Shown piece after piece: positions 38,396 through 48,780 of a stretch of 64,000 nt of DNA; positions within the stretch are counted from its first letter, which is position 1, and the number at the start of each line of letters is the position of its first letter. The translations under genes and the position numbers were made by a program. Source of the DNA: an uncultured Flavobacteriales bacterium (GTDB taxonomy: Bacteria; Bacteroidota; Bacteroidia; Flavobacteriales_D; Crocinitomicaceae); NCBI GenBank assembly GCA_937876195.1, contig CALEIK010000016.1:33358-97357 (forward strand), given 5' to 3'. The notes under the pieces were generated by a model. The model was not told where the DNA came from, ran no database searches, and saw nothing but the letters and a program-made list of their open reading frames with translations.

Positions 38396-39463
38396 ATGCC
38401 AATCAACCATTTAAGGAAGATATTCCTTTTTTGCACTACACTTTTAGTTGCAAATTTACTGTGCGCACAAACCGACTCCATTGTTCAGGCGAAAATCTTA
38501 GGAAGCGATTCTACAGATGCTGCCCGATTCTACAACAGCGGGGTGCAGAAGTTTTCTCAAAAACAATTCAAGGCAGCGATTGAAGATTTTAATCAAGCAA
38601 TTGCTTTGAAACCTGGATTTGAACTCGCTTATTTTAACCGTGGCATGACACGATTTGCTATGGAAGACTACGCAAATGCCGTCACGGATTTTGACAGTTC
38701 CATTGCAATGAACAACAATCCAGAAAGTCATTTTACCCGCGGGAGATCGAATTATTTCTTAGGAAATAAGGAACTTGCGATGCAGGATTATTCAAATGCC
38801 ATTGCAGCGAACAAATCCCATGCACAATCTTTTTATTACAGAGGAGGAGTGAAGTATGAGCAAGCTGATTATGAAGGGGCAATCAAAGATTTTGATGCAG
38901 CGATTGCTATTAAATCGGATTATGCGTATGCCTACAATGACCGAGCAAGTGCTAAACGTCAACTGAACGATTTAGACGGTGCGATTAAAGATTACCAGAA
39001 AGCAATTTTACTGGACAAACAAATGACGTTTACGTACAATAATCTTGGAAGTGCAAAAAGAAAGAAAGGAGATTTCAAAGGGGCCATCCAAGAATATACG
39101 AAAGCGATTATGGTCGATGATCAAAGTTACATCGCATACAACAATCGCGGAAGCGCAAAGTTCGATGATGGTGATTACAAAGGAGCCATTGAAGATTTCA
39201 CAAAAGCGCTTGAGCTGAATGATAAGTATGCATACGCGCTGAATAACCGAGCTGCTGCTAAGTTTAAAATGGATGATTTAAAAGGGTGCATCGAGGATTG
39301 TAACAAGGCGATTGCACTGGATGCCAATTACGGCTATGCCTATTTAAACAGAGGAAATGCGAAAGAGCTGCTGAGAGATGAGAAGGGCGCTTGTGAAGAT
39401 TGGAGAAAAGCTGCCAATTTAGGAGCCGAAGGAGCAAATGCATTCATAGGAATTTGCGAGTAA
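38396..39463 (+). CDS. tetratricopeptide (TPR) repeat protein, secreted
   Basis: I chose the ATG at 38396, which gives a signal peptide (LVANLLCAQ). About 9 consecutive 34-aa TPR units (Y..A..DF..AI.L.P.YA.AY.NRG). Confidence 0.85.
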   Translation: MPINHLRKIFLFCTTLLVANLLCAQTDSIVQAKILGSDSTDAARFYNSGVQKFSQKQFKAAIEDFNQAIALKPGFELAYFNRGMTRFAMEDYANAVTDFDSSIAMNNNPESHFTRGRSNYFLGNKELAMQDYSNAIAANKSHAQSFYYRGGVKYEQADYEGAIKDFDAAIAIKSDYAYAYNDRASAKRQLNDLDGAIKDYQKAILLDKQMTFTYNNLGSAKRKKGDFKGAIQEYTKAIMVDDQSYIAYNNRGSAKFDDGDYKGAIEDFTKALELNDKYAYALNNRAAAKFKMDDLKGCIEDCNKAIALDANYGYAYLNRGNAKELLRDEKGACEDWRKAANLGAEGANAFIGICE

Positions 39464-39485
39464 TCATTTGAAAAATTAGAGAACA

Positions 39486-41549
39486 ATGTTAAAAAGATAT
39501 ACACTAGCAATCGCACTGATTTTTACGGGAGGATTGTTTGCCCAAAATGTAGAATTTGATAAATCAAACTTCAAAGACGATAAGGACGGCTTTAAGACAG
39601 CAAAAGACAACCTGGAAGCAGGAGATGATTTGTATTTTCAAGGTCCTGTTTTTTACAAGGATGCAATTGCGCCCTACGAAGCTGCAAATACCTTCAATCC
39701 AAACAACGCGGAGTTGAATTTTAAATTGGGAGATTGTTATTTGGCGTCCATGTTTAAGTACAAGGCACTTCCGCATTTGGAAAAGGCAGAGAAGTTGAAT
39801 CCAACCGTTGATCCACGACTTCACTATTTATTGGGGAAAGCGTATCATTTGGATATGCAATGGGATAAAGCTGTTGCGGCGTACGGAAAGTTCCAGCGTT
39901 CTGTGATGGGAGGTGGAGATCCAGCAATCATTCAGGACGTGATGATGCGGATTGAACAATGCGCAAATGGAAAACGACTGGTTGACAACCCAATTCGTGT
40001 ATTTGTCGATAATTTAGGGGATAACATCAACACGCAGTACAATGAATACGGAGCCGTAGTTTCTGCGGATGAATCAGTGTTGGTATTTACAGCGCGTCGT
40101 CCGAACTCAACCGGGGGAAAAATTGACCCGCAGTTGAACGAGAATTTTGAGGACATCTACATTTCTTACAAACAAGCAGATGGTTCGTGGTCGGTTGCGA
40201 AGAACATAGGTGAGCCTGTAAACACGAATGACCACGATGCAAATACAGGAATTTCGAACGATGGTCAAAAATTCGGTATCTATCTAGGAAAATCAAACGG
40301 TGGTGATTTGTATGAATCTCGTTTGGTAGGTGATATTTGGAGTAAGCCAGAATCAATGGGTAAAAACATCAATACGAAAGATTACCATGAGTCGTCGGCA
40401 TGTTATTCTCCAGACGGAAATACACTTTACTTTGTTTCTGACAAGAAAGGCGGATTGGGTGATCACGATATTTATGTATCGCACATGACAGAAAAAGGAG
40501 AATGGGGACCTGCTGAAAACTTAGGATCTGTAATCAATACACCCTATTCTGAAGAGGGTGTTTTTATGCACCCTGATGGTAAAACGATGTACTTTAGTTC
40601 ACAAGGGCATTCCTCCATGGGTGGATTTGATATTTTCAAATCGGTTTACAACGCAGACACGAAAACTTGGAGTACACCAGAGAATTTGGGGTATCCTGTC
40701 AACACAACGGATGATGATGTTTTCTTCGTGATTTCTGCAAGCGGACGTCACGGTTACTATACATCGATGGGAGATGATAGTCGCGGTTTAAGAGATTTGT
40801 ATATGGTGACCTTTTTGGGGCCTGAGAAAGAAATGGTCTTGAACAATGAAGATAATTTATTAGCGAGTATTGCAGCTCCGATGAGTGAAGTCGTAATAGC
40901 TCCAGTCGTTGAAGTGAAAGAAGCACAATTGACTATTTTGAAAGGGGTGATTACTGATGCTTTAACCAAGAAAGTGTTAGAAGCTGAAATTGAAATAGTG
41001 GACAATGAGGCAAATGTTGTAATCGCAACGTTTAAGTCGAACAGTGCAACAGGGAAATATTTAGTTTCACTGCCAGCTGGTAAAAACTATGGTATCGCCG
41101 TGAAGAAAGAAAACTACTTGTTCCATTCAGAGAACTTTGATATTCCGAGTACCGCCGCGTTTCAAACGGTGGAAAAAGATGTTGAATTAAAAGGATTGGT
41201 CGTAGGATCTAAAATTGTCTTGAAGAACATCTTTTTTGATTTGGACAAAGCGACCTTACGTCCTGAGTCAACTGCTGAGTTGAATCGTTTGATTAAACTA
41301 ATGAATGATGTGCCGACGCTTAAAATTGAGCTGTCAGGTCACACAGATTCACAAGGTTCAGACTCGTACAATCAAGGATTGTCAGAAAGAAGAGCACAAG
41401 CGGTTGTTGATTTTGTAACCAAGGGTGGAATTAGCGCTAGTCGTTTGGTATCTGCGGGATATGGAGAGACTCAACCTATTGCAACCAACGAAACGAAAGA
41501 AGGACGTCAGTTGAACAGAAGAACTGAGTTTAAAGTGCTTTCGCTTTAG
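39486..41549 (+). CDS. OmpA-family protein with N-terminal TPR, TolB-like beta-propeller repeats and a CarboxypepD_reg-like domain
   Basis: 687 aa. Signal peptide. Repeated SxDG..LYF motifs. C-terminal OmpA domain (IELSGHTDSQGSDSYNQGLSERRAQAV...NRRTEFKV). Confidence 0.88.
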   Translation: MLKRYTLAIALIFTGGLFAQNVEFDKSNFKDDKDGFKTAKDNLEAGDDLYFQGPVFYKDAIAPYEAANTFNPNNAELNFKLGDCYLASMFKYKALPHLEKAEKLNPTVDPRLHYLLGKAYHLDMQWDKAVAAYGKFQRSVMGGGDPAIIQDVMMRIEQCANGKRLVDNPIRVFVDNLGDNINTQYNEYGAVVSADESVLVFTARRPNSTGGKIDPQLNENFEDIYISYKQADGSWSVAKNIGEPVNTNDHDANTGISNDGQKFGIYLGKSNGGDLYESRLVGDIWSKPESMGKNINTKDYHESSACYSPDGNTLYFVSDKKGGLGDHDIYVSHMTEKGEWGPAENLGSVINTPYSEEGVFMHPDGKTMYFSSQGHSSMGGFDIFKSVYNADTKTWSTPENLGYPVNTTDDDVFFVISASGRHGYYTSMGDDSRGLRDLYMVTFLGPEKEMVLNNEDNLLASIAAPMSEVVIAPVVEVKEAQLTILKGVITDALTKKVLEAEIEIVDNEANVVIATFKSNSATGKYLVSLPAGKNYGIAVKKENYLFHSENFDIPSTAAFQTVEKDVELKGLVVGSKIVLKNIFFDLDKATLRPESTAELNRLIKLMNDVPTLKIELSGHTDSQGSDSYNQGLSERRAQAVVDFVTKGGISASRLVSAGYGETQPIATNETKEGRQLNRRTEFKVLSL

Positions 41550-41574
41550 AGAGTAGATTAAAGGAAATATGATG

Positions 41575-41603
41575 AAGGCTGTCCGAAAGGACAGCCTTTT
41601 TTT
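41575..41603 (+). terminator. intrinsic terminator after the OmpA-family gene
   Basis: 10-bp stem aaggctgtcc/ggacagcctt, GAAA loop, T7 tail. Confidence 0.85.
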
Positions 41604-41801
41604 GTGCCGCGCTCCGCGCTAGTTAAAGAACTCAAACGGGGAGGCATGTATGTTGTTTAATTGAGAAATCATCTGAGATTAAGGCACGGAGTGCCACACT
41701 TTACTAACCGTCAACTATAAGCTGACGGTTATACACACGCAATTTTTAACAGCCCAAAGGGCTGAACAAAAACAGGTACAAAGTTCAAAAGAAGCTGTCT
41801 A

Positions 41802-43400
41802 TTACTTCGCTACCTCCAGCTTAAACGCCGACGTCTTATGGAAAGTAATTTCAGGATAATCCTGCTCTGCCGTTTGTAATAGAAATGAAGTTTCTGCAAG
41901 AAAGACTAAATTATCGTCCTTGTCAGTCGCTAAGTAGCGTGCTTTTGCTCTTTTGAATTCTTCGAGTTTTGCGGCATCGTCTGTCGTTATCCAACATGCT
42001 TTATGGAAATTACGTGGGACAAAACGACATTTTGCACCATATTCATGATCTAGACGGTAACTAATAACTTCAAATTGTAGTTGTCCAACTGTTCCAATGA
42101 TTTTACGACTTCCCGGTTGCTGAATAAACAACTGAGCAACACCTTCGTCCATCAACTGGCGAATACCTTTGTCCAATTGTTTGGATTTCATCGGATCGAG
42201 GTTTTCCAATTCCATAAAAATCTCAGGAGAAAAGCTAGGAATTCCTTTGAACATGAATTGCTCGCCTTCATTTAAAGTGTCACCAATTTTAAAATTTCCA
42301 GAATCGTACAAACCTACAACGTCTCCAGGGTACGCCTCATCAATGACACTTTTGTCTTGTGCCATGAAGGAAGTAGGGTTGGGGAACTTTAATTTTTTTC
42401 CCAATCGCACGTGGTTGTAAAACGTATTTCGCTCAAATTTACCAGAAACGATGCGCAAGAAGGCAATTCTATCTCTGTGCTTTGGATCGAGGTTCGCGTG
42501 AATTTTAAATACGAATCCAGAAAATTTAGCGTCATCTGGTTCAATCATTCTAAGATCTGTTTCTCTTCCTCTCGGTGACGGTGAAATTTCGCAAAACGCA
42601 TTCAATAATTCTTGTACACCAAAGTTGTTTACGGCAGAACCAAAGAACACAGGAGCAACTTCACCGGATAAGTATGTTTCTCGATCAAACTCGTTGTACA
42701 CACCATCAATAACCTCCAGTTCTTCTCTCAGCTCTGCTGCTTCATCCGCGCCGATTATCTCATCTATTTCGCTAGAATTAAGGTCAGAAATGGATTGAAC
42801 GTCGTCCGATATCCCTGTTTTATTGGGGGAGAATAGATTTAATTCCTTTTTATAAATGTTGTAAACGCCCTTGAAGCGATCACCCATGCCAATAGGCCAT
42901 GAAAGTGGGCGGACTTTGATACTGAGTTTGTCTTCCAATTCATCCAGTAAGTCAAACGCCTCTTTACCATCTCTATCGAGCTTATTGATAAAAATGATCA
43001 CGGGTGTATTACGCATACGACAGACCTCCATCAAGCGTTCCGTTTGCGATTCGACACCACTGGCAACATCAATCACGAGAATAACGCTATCGACTGCGGT
43101 GAGCGTTCTAAATGTGTCTTCGGCAAAATCCTTGTGTCCAGGTGTATCGAGAATATTTATTTGCTTGTTGTTGTAATTAAACGCCATCACCGAAGTTGCA
43201 ACAGAAATTCCTCTTTGCTTTTCGATTTCCATGAAATCCGAAGTTGCCGTTTTCTTGATTTTGTTGTTTTTTACAGCACCTGCAGATTGTATCGCACCAC
43301 CAAAGAGCAAAAGTTTTTCCGTGAGCGTTGTCTTACCAGCATCAGGGTGAGAAATAATTCCAAATGTTCTTCTTTTCGCTATTTCGGTGGCGTTGCTCAT
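41802..43400 (-). CDS. prfC: peptide chain release factor 3
   Basis: 532 aa. [34 protein letters not shown] GTPase motifs. Confidence 0.96.
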   Translation of the reverse strand: MSNATEIAKRRTFGIISHPDAGKTTLTEKLLLFGGAIQSAGAVKNNKIKKTATSDFMEIEKQRGISVATSVMAFNYNNKQINILDTPGHKDFAEDTFRTLTAVDSVILVIDVASGVESQTERLMEVCRMRNTPVIIFINKLDRDGKEAFDLLDELEDKLSIKVRPLSWPIGMGDRFKGVYNIYKKELNLFSPNKTGISDDVQSISDLNSSEIDEIIGADEAAELREELEVIDGVYNEFDRETYLSGEVAPVFFGSAVNNFGVQELLNAFCEISPSPRGRETDLRMIEPDDAKFSGFVFKIHANLDPKHRDRIAFLRIVSGKFERNTFYNHVRLGKKLKFPNPTSFMAQDKSVIDEAYPGDVVGLYDSGNFKIGDTLNEGEQFMFKGIPSFSPEIFMELENLDPMKSKQLDKGIRQLMDEGVAQLFIQQPGSRKIIGTVGQLQFEVISYRLDHEYGAKCRFVPRNFHKACWITTDDAAKLEEFKRAKARYLATDKDDNLVFLAETSFLLQTAEQDYPEITFHKTSAFKLEVAK

Positions 43401-43436
43401 GTATTCGTGTTTTTCGACCGCAAATGTACTGAATTA

Positions 43437-43599
43437 TTAAGACCGCAAGACGTTAAGACTACAAGATATTAAGACCCTAAGTTATTGAGACGTTCTTAAT
43501 CCATTGGAATGAGAACACAAATTATTTCTATTCGTCATAAATAGATTCGTTATCAAATAAACGAGTCCTAACGTCTTAATATCCTAATGTCTTGACGTC
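43437..43599. repeat. cluster of TAAGAC-type words in inverted orientation (five forward, three reverse) around a ~60-bp core
   Basis: Forward words at ~43438, 43447, 43454, 43469 and 43487. Reverse words (cgtctta / gtcttg) at ~43571, 43588 and 43593. Contains the 14-mer aagacgttaagact (43447-43460), identical to 31128-31141 and 31298-31311. Confidence 0.8.
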
Positions 43600-43603
43600 T
43601 TAT

Positions 43604-45952
43604 TTAAAACTTGTAGCTCACACCTAAACTTGGTAGGATAGGGAATTGTAAAATTTGCTCGTTCGTGACACGGTTCACGTAGAAAATGTTTTTTCTATCG
43701 TATGCGTTGGTTACCGATCCAATGATTTCAAGTATATCTTCGTTTTTGAACGTAAATCGTTTTTTCAAGGTAATGTCCAATCGGTGGTAGTAGGGTAAAC
43801 GTTCGCTGTTGAACTCGCCTAATACAGTCGTGACATTGTTTGAGTTATCTGTGGTGTAATCGGTCGTAACTCCCGATGAAAAACTCTGTCCTTCGTAATT
43901 TCCTGCAGTTGGAGTGTAAGGCAATCCTGAACCTAGGTTCCAACGAATACTTAATTCAACCCCTTTCTTTTTTCCGAAAAGATATGTACCAACTAGGTTA
44001 ACACTGTGGCGTCTATCAAACACAGGATAGTACGTAGTGTCACCATCCCAACGGATTGAATGACCATAAGAATACACTGCCCAAATGTACAAACGCGTTC
44101 CTGAGTATTTTGCAAGGATATCCACACCGTAAGATTCACCATTTTCTAGGATGAAATCCTTTTTAAGTACATCATCGATGTTAGCGAACTCTGCTTCGTC
44201 TGGATATAGTTTGTTTTGATTGATGTTACTCAATTGTGAGAAATATTTGTAATAACCCTCAACGTTTAATGATATTTTCTTTGTCACGTCATATTCGAAA
44301 CCACCTATCGCGTGCCATGCATACTGCAATCCATTTTTAGGATTCTTCTCGTTTTGGAAAAGTGTCACAAAGGTTTCTTGTACGCTATTTGGCGCTGATA
44401 AAAAGCCGTTGAATAGATTGATAACATCTCTATCCGATGATGCTGACGTAAAGTTTTGAGAAAAACGTCCACCTGATGCTTTTAACCTCAATTTCTCAGT
44501 TGCATTGAATTTAAGACCTAGACGTGGTTCAGGTGATACTGTACCCAAGGAAGCATACATTTGTGCTCTAATACTGGGCTGAATTACCCAGCGCGTTGAA
44601 ACGAAATTATAGCTTAAAAACACACCTACCTCAGTTGTAAAGTTGTCAGCTGAAATTTTCTTTTTTGCTTCGTTATAGGTTTCAAACTTTGTATTGAATC
44701 CGTTTAAGTTAATTCCATAGTTTAATTCACCATTGTTTTTCAAGAAATAGGTGAAATCGAAACCAAGATCAAATCCTCCAATGGAACTGCTTCTCGGCAA
44801 TACTTCCGTCTCACCAACTGGTTCGTTAAAGGTCGTGCTGTATGAACTACCGTTTACGTGTCCACGTACAAAGATAGGGGAGCTATTCGGTACCAAAAGA
44901 AAGTTAATTCCACCCCCACTTTGCTGCCAGTTGATTTCGGCAATGTCATAATTCACGTTATCATCGTTGTGAAATCCGAAGGCACTAAATTTAGAACCAC
45001 CATCTCCTTTAAATGTCACTTTTCCGTAGAGATCGGTAAAGTTAAAAGGCATTCCCAATCCATTATTCATTGTAGGATAAACCGCTTTGGAAGCATAATC
45101 AATTAAACTGTGTTTTGCGGAAAAAATATAGGTCGCGGCGCTTGGTTTGCCATCTTTAGGTCGCGAAAAAGGTCCTTCAACTACGGCTTTTGCCATAAAA
45201 GGAGATACAGACACTTTACCACCAAATTTCTGTCTATTTCCATCTCGGTAGGTAATGTCCATGACCGATGAAATTCTACCTCCATATTTGGCATCAAAAC
45301 CTCCAGTAAAAATACTCGCGTTTTGAATCAATTCTGTTTCAAAAATGGAAAAGAAACCAATGGAGTGGAAGGGATTGTAAATTGTCATTCCATCCAATAA
45401 TATTTTATTTTGAATTGGGGTTCCACCACGAACGTAGAGCTGTCCACCTTGATCTCCCGTGGTTACAACTCCAGGTGTAATACTAAATGCCGCGACAATG
45501 TCATTTTCAGCACCCATACTTGGGATTCGTTCCAATCCTTTTTTATCCAGTCGAATTTCTGAAATTAAAACTTGTGTATTTTTTCGTTGCGTTTCTGCGT
45601 TGACTTCAACTTCACCTAAATTTTGTACGCTTTCTTTCTTTTCCATGAGAAATTCGACGTCCAAAATACCTTGACTTTCAGCAGTTACTGGTTTTGAAAT
45701 CGTTTGGTAAAGAGCGCTTTCTACCTTAATAATGTACTCTCCAGCGTTTAGTTTCGACATTGAAAAGAAACCATTGACATCCGTAATATCCCCAGTAACT
45801 GAAGTGCTATCCAATCCCAAAAGTCGAACTTTCTCAAAAGGCATAGGTTCACCATTCTTTTTATCGTAAACAAATCCACGAATAGTAAAGTCTTGAGAAA
45901 AAGCTACTTGCGTAAGCAATAGAGTAAGGAGAGTACTATAAATAAGCTTCAT
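43604..45952 (-). CDS. TonB-dependent receptor with N-terminal CarboxypepD_reg-like domain
   Basis: 782 aa. Signal peptide. Plug region (DIVAAFSITPGV, GGQLYVRGG). Beta-barrel ending ...GVSYKF. Confidence 0.9.
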   Translation of the reverse strand: MKLIYSTLLTLLLTQVAFSQDFTIRGFVYDKKNGEPMPFEKVRLLGLDSTSVTGDITDVNGFFSMSKLNAGEYIIKVESALYQTISKPVTAESQGILDVEFLMEKKESVQNLGEVEVNAETQRKNTQVLISEIRLDKKGLERIPSMGAENDIVAAFSITPGVVTTGDQGGQLYVRGGTPIQNKILLDGMTIYNPFHSIGFFSIFETELIQNASIFTGGFDAKYGGRISSVMDITYRDGNRQKFGGKVSVSPFMAKAVVEGPFSRPKDGKPSAATYIFSAKHSLIDYASKAVYPTMNNGLGMPFNFTDLYGKVTFKGDGGSKFSAFGFHNDDNVNYDIAEINWQQSGGGINFLLVPNSSPIFVRGHVNGSSYSTTFNEPVGETEVLPRSSSIGGFDLGFDFTYFLKNNGELNYGINLNGFNTKFETYNEAKKKISADNFTTEVGVFLSYNFVSTRWVIQPSIRAQMYASLGTVSPEPRLGLKFNATEKLRLKASGGRFSQNFTSASSDRDVINLFNGFLSAPNSVQETFVTLFQNEKNPKNGLQYAWHAIGGFEYDVTKKISLNVEGYYKYFSQLSNINQNKLYPDEAEFANIDDVLKKDFILENGESYGVDILAKYSGTRLYIWAVYSYGHSIRWDGDTTYYPVFDRRHSVNLVGTYLFGKKKGVELSIRWNLGSGLPYTPTAGNYEGQSFSSGVTTDYTTDNSNNVTTVLGEFNSERLPYYHRLDITLKKRFTFKNEDILEIIGSVTNAYDRKNIFYVNRVTNEQILQFPILPSLGVSYKF

Positions 45953-46113
45953 ATTGTTGAGTATCTAGTTTTAACAAGCCCCGAAGATAAGATAAAGGAA
46001 CGAATATCAATCGTATAATTAATTGAAAAATGGTAAACGGTATTGATTATTGATTGTTTGGGAAATGGAGTTGATATTGATCTATAAAAGAAAGGAGGCA
46101 TTGCGTAATACTA

Positions 46114-46887
46114 TTACTTCTCACTCAGCTTTGCTTGTTCCCAGTATTTATCCATGATTTCGAGAGAGCTGTCCTCAATGTTTTGCGTGTTTTCCTTCAT
46201 TAATTCCTCCATTTTCATGAATCGACGTATGAATTTCGAGTTTGTTTTGGCGAGTGCATTCTCAGGGTTGATGTCAACAAAGCGCGCATAGTTGATGAGC
46301 GAAAACAGCAAGTCGCCAAACTCTTCCTCAATGCGTTCAGGAGATTGATTTGATTCAACTTCTTCTTCAAATTCGGCGAGTTCTTCCTTTACTTTAAGCC
46401 AAACATCCGAACGCTGATCCCATTCAAAACCAACGCCCTTCACTTTTTCTTGAATGCGCGCAGCTTTCACCATTGCAGGAAGTGAACTTGGAACTCCTTC
46501 GAGTACAGATTTTTTCCCCTCTTTGAGTTTGAGTTTTTCCCAGTTTGATTTAACTTCTTCCTCGGTTTCTGCTTTAACATCTGAATAAATGTGCGGGTGA
46601 CGGTGGACCAACTTATCGCAGATTTTAGTGAGCACAGAGGTTACGTCAAAGGCGTTTTTCTCAGCGCCAATTTTGCAGTAGAATACCATGTGTAAGAACA
46701 GGTCACCGATTTCACCTTCTAGCTCCTTTAGATCATTGTCGATAATCGCATCGGCTAACTCGTATGTTTCTTCGATGGTAAGGTGACGGAGCGATTCAAG
46801 GGTTTGCTTTTTATCCCAGGGACATTTTTCGCGTAAATCGTCCATGATTGTAAGTAAGCGTTCAAAGGCCTCTAATCGTTTGTCCAT
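46114..46887 (-). CDS. mazG: nucleoside triphosphate pyrophosphohydrolase MazG
   Basis: 257 aa. Two MazG EEXXE-type regions (TIEETYELADAI, EEFGDLLFSL). Confidence 0.9.
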   Translation of the reverse strand: MDKRLEAFERLLTIMDDLREKCPWDKKQTLESLRHLTIEETYELADAIIDNDLKELEGEIGDLFLHMVFYCKIGAEKNAFDVTSVLTKICDKLVHRHPHIYSDVKAETEEEVKSNWEKLKLKEGKKSVLEGVPSSLPAMVKAARIQEKVKGVGFEWDQRSDVWLKVKEELAEFEEEVESNQSPERIEEEFGDLLFSLINYARFVDINPENALAKTNSKFIRRFMKMEELMKENTQNIEDSSLEIMDKYWEQAKLSEK

Positions 46888-46949
46888 CCTTTTTTATTTC
46901 AAAATTAATATTATTCTTACTTTGGCGACGAATTATTATTTTTGCTTCC

Positions 46950-48017
46950 GTGAAGTTGATCTACCTCTTAATATTCATTCTAGTTTCCACCACCTGTTCG
47001 GCACAGTTAAAAAATGATGTGTGGCTAGAACTAAAAGGGAAGGCAGGATTTTTGGCTGCGCACAGAAGCGTCATGGGACACTTAGCCAGTGAACATGCTT
47101 TTGCTGGAGAGTTCAGCGTGTATTTCCGCCCAAAGAACAGAAAGCTCTGGCATGAGGCATACAAGAATCCATTTTTTGGAGCGACAGCCTTTTTCGGGTC
47201 GACAGGAAATCGTGAATTGTTAGGAGAAACGTATGGAGTAATTGGTTTTGCCAGTTTTCCATTGATTAATCGAAAGCACTATGTTCTTTCTGGAAAGGCT
47301 GGTTGTGGGATAGCGTATTCAACAAAATATTTCGATCAGGTGTCTAACCAATTAGGAATGGCAATCGGTTCTTCAATAAATGCACATATTTGTTTAGGCT
47401 TGGAAAATCGCATATTGTTCGGTGACCATTCCATCAACGTTTCCATTGATATGACGCACTTCTCTAATGGTGCGAGCAAAATGCCAAATTTGGGACTTAA
47501 TCTTCCTTTTTTAGGACTTGGTTACGGGTACAGAATTCATTCGCGAATAGACAGTAATTACGTCTTTGATCCATTTAAGAAATCATGGCAGTTTGGGGTA
47601 ATGGGAATTGCGTCAGTTAAGGAAGTGTATCCGACGGGTGGAAGAAAATATCCTGTCTATAACTTGAATCTTGTGGGAAGAAGATTTTTCAAACCGCGCG
47701 TTGGAATGGAGGTATCCTTTGATGTGTTTTCAAAGCAAGCGATTTTGGATTATCACAATGATATCAGAAAGACACAATTAGAAATTATTCAATTGGGCGC
47801 GTTTGTTGGGTATATATTGCCGATGGATAAATTTCATCTTTTGGTGGGAATGGGTGTGTATGTAAGGGATAAGTACAAACCAGAAGATCCAATGTACCAC
47901 AGAGTCGGAATGCGTTATGTGTTTGACAATGGAATCAATGTGAATTTGGTACTGAAGTCGCACTGGGCAAGAGCGGATTACTTCGAGTATGGAATAGGTT
48001 ATACATTTAAGCGATGA
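46950..48017 (+). CDS. acyloxyacyl hydrolase / PagL-like lipid A deacylase family outer-membrane protein
   Basis: 355 aa. GTG start. Signal peptide. HFSNG motif (THFSNGASKMPNLGLN) typical of the PagL-like family. Confidence 0.7.
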   Translation: MKLIYLLIFILVSTTCSAQLKNDVWLELKGKAGFLAAHRSVMGHLASEHAFAGEFSVYFRPKNRKLWHEAYKNPFFGATAFFGSTGNRELLGETYGVIGFASFPLINRKHYVLSGKAGCGIAYSTKYFDQVSNQLGMAIGSSINAHICLGLENRILFGDHSINVSIDMTHFSNGASKMPNLGLNLPFLGLGYGYRIHSRIDSNYVFDPFKKSWQFGVMGIASVKEVYPTGGRKYPVYNLNLVGRRFFKPRVGMEVSFDVFSKQAILDYHNDIRKTQLEIIQLGAFVGYILPMDKFHLLVGMGVYVRDKYKPEDPMYHRVGMRYVFDNGINVNLVLKSHWARADYFEYGIGYTFKR

Positions 48018-48757
48018 AAGGAGTTTTAACATTAATACTGGTAGCTTTTGTTTTAATTGGCTGCAAGAAGAAAGAGGATAAATCGTGTTTAAAGTCAACA
48101 GGTGCACTGACATCTAAGGAAATTGCGCTGGAAGAATTTGACAAGTTGTATATGGGACCCCATTTAAAATATGAACTGGTTCAAGATACTGTGAACAAGG
48201 TGATTTTAAAAGGTGGGGAGTATTTATTGAACGGAATCAGTTTAGAAATAGATGCTGACAAACGCCTGGTGATTCAAAATGAGAATAAGTGTGCTTTTCT
48301 GAGGTCCTATGATGACATTGTTGTCGTTGAAATCCATTTTGTTAACCTGATAAATATAAATTTTGAAGGAACGCAAGAAGTACTTTGTGCAGATACACTG
48401 GTAATTACAGACTTGTCGTTAACCATTCGAGATGGTGCGGGACACTTTAATTTAATGGTGGAAGGAAATTCGGTTGATGTTCTGATTACGCATGGATGGG
48501 GAAATTATACTGTTTCTGGAATTGTGAATTATGCGAAATTCAATGTGAACAGTAACGGTTTTGGTGATGCCTATAATTTACAGGTTGCCAATGAGTTGAT
48601 TGCGATATCTTCGACGGTTGGTGTTATGAAAATTCGCGCAGACGGTTGTGATCTTTTAGCTGAGATTAATGAGTCAGGAGATATTTGGTACAAAGGTGCT
48701 CCGAACATTGTAGAATACAACCAATATGGCTCCGGCGGGCTAATCAATAAAAATTAG
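48014..48757 (+). CDS. DUF2807 / head-GIN domain lipoprotein
   Basis: 247 aa. ATGA start/stop overlap with the upstream gene. Lipobox LIGC. Repetitive beta-helix-like segments. Confidence 0.6.
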   Translation: MKGVLTLILVAFVLIGCKKKEDKSCLKSTGALTSKEIALEEFDKLYMGPHLKYELVQDTVNKVILKGGEYLLNGISLEIDADKRLVIQNENKCAFLRSYDDIVVVEIHFVNLININFEGTQEVLCADTLVITDLSLTIRDGAGHFNLMVEGNSVDVLITHGWGNYTVSGIVNYAKFNVNSNGFGDAYNLQVANELIAISSTVGVMKIRADGCDLLAEINESGDIWYKGAPNIVEYNQYGSGGLINKN

Positions 48758-48765
48758 TACCTTTG
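48758..48765 (+). promoter_or_regulatory. Bacteroidota-type -7 box (TAnnTTTG)
   Basis: TACCTTTG lies 16 nt upstream of the ATG at 48781. Confidence 0.35.
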
Positions 48766-48780
48766 TAAAAAGGAATAATT

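Noticed and set aside
41603-41765. Small GC hairpins (gcgc-tcc-gcgc at ~41608-41618, ggcac-gga-gtgcc at ~41683-41695, accgtca...tgacggt at ~41707-41729, cagccc-aaa-gggctg at 41750-41764) downstream of prfC and the OmpA gene, considered as a second GC-rich inverted-repeat element
   Set aside because: The two GC hairpins align only weakly to each other (shared tgtg / ctccg / gc). None has a proper T-tract. This is insufficient to call an element or a terminator.
41802-43400. Programmed frameshift in a release-factor gene
   Set aside because: That feature belongs to prfB (RF2). This gene is prfC (RF3) and reads through as one uninterrupted 532-aa ORF.
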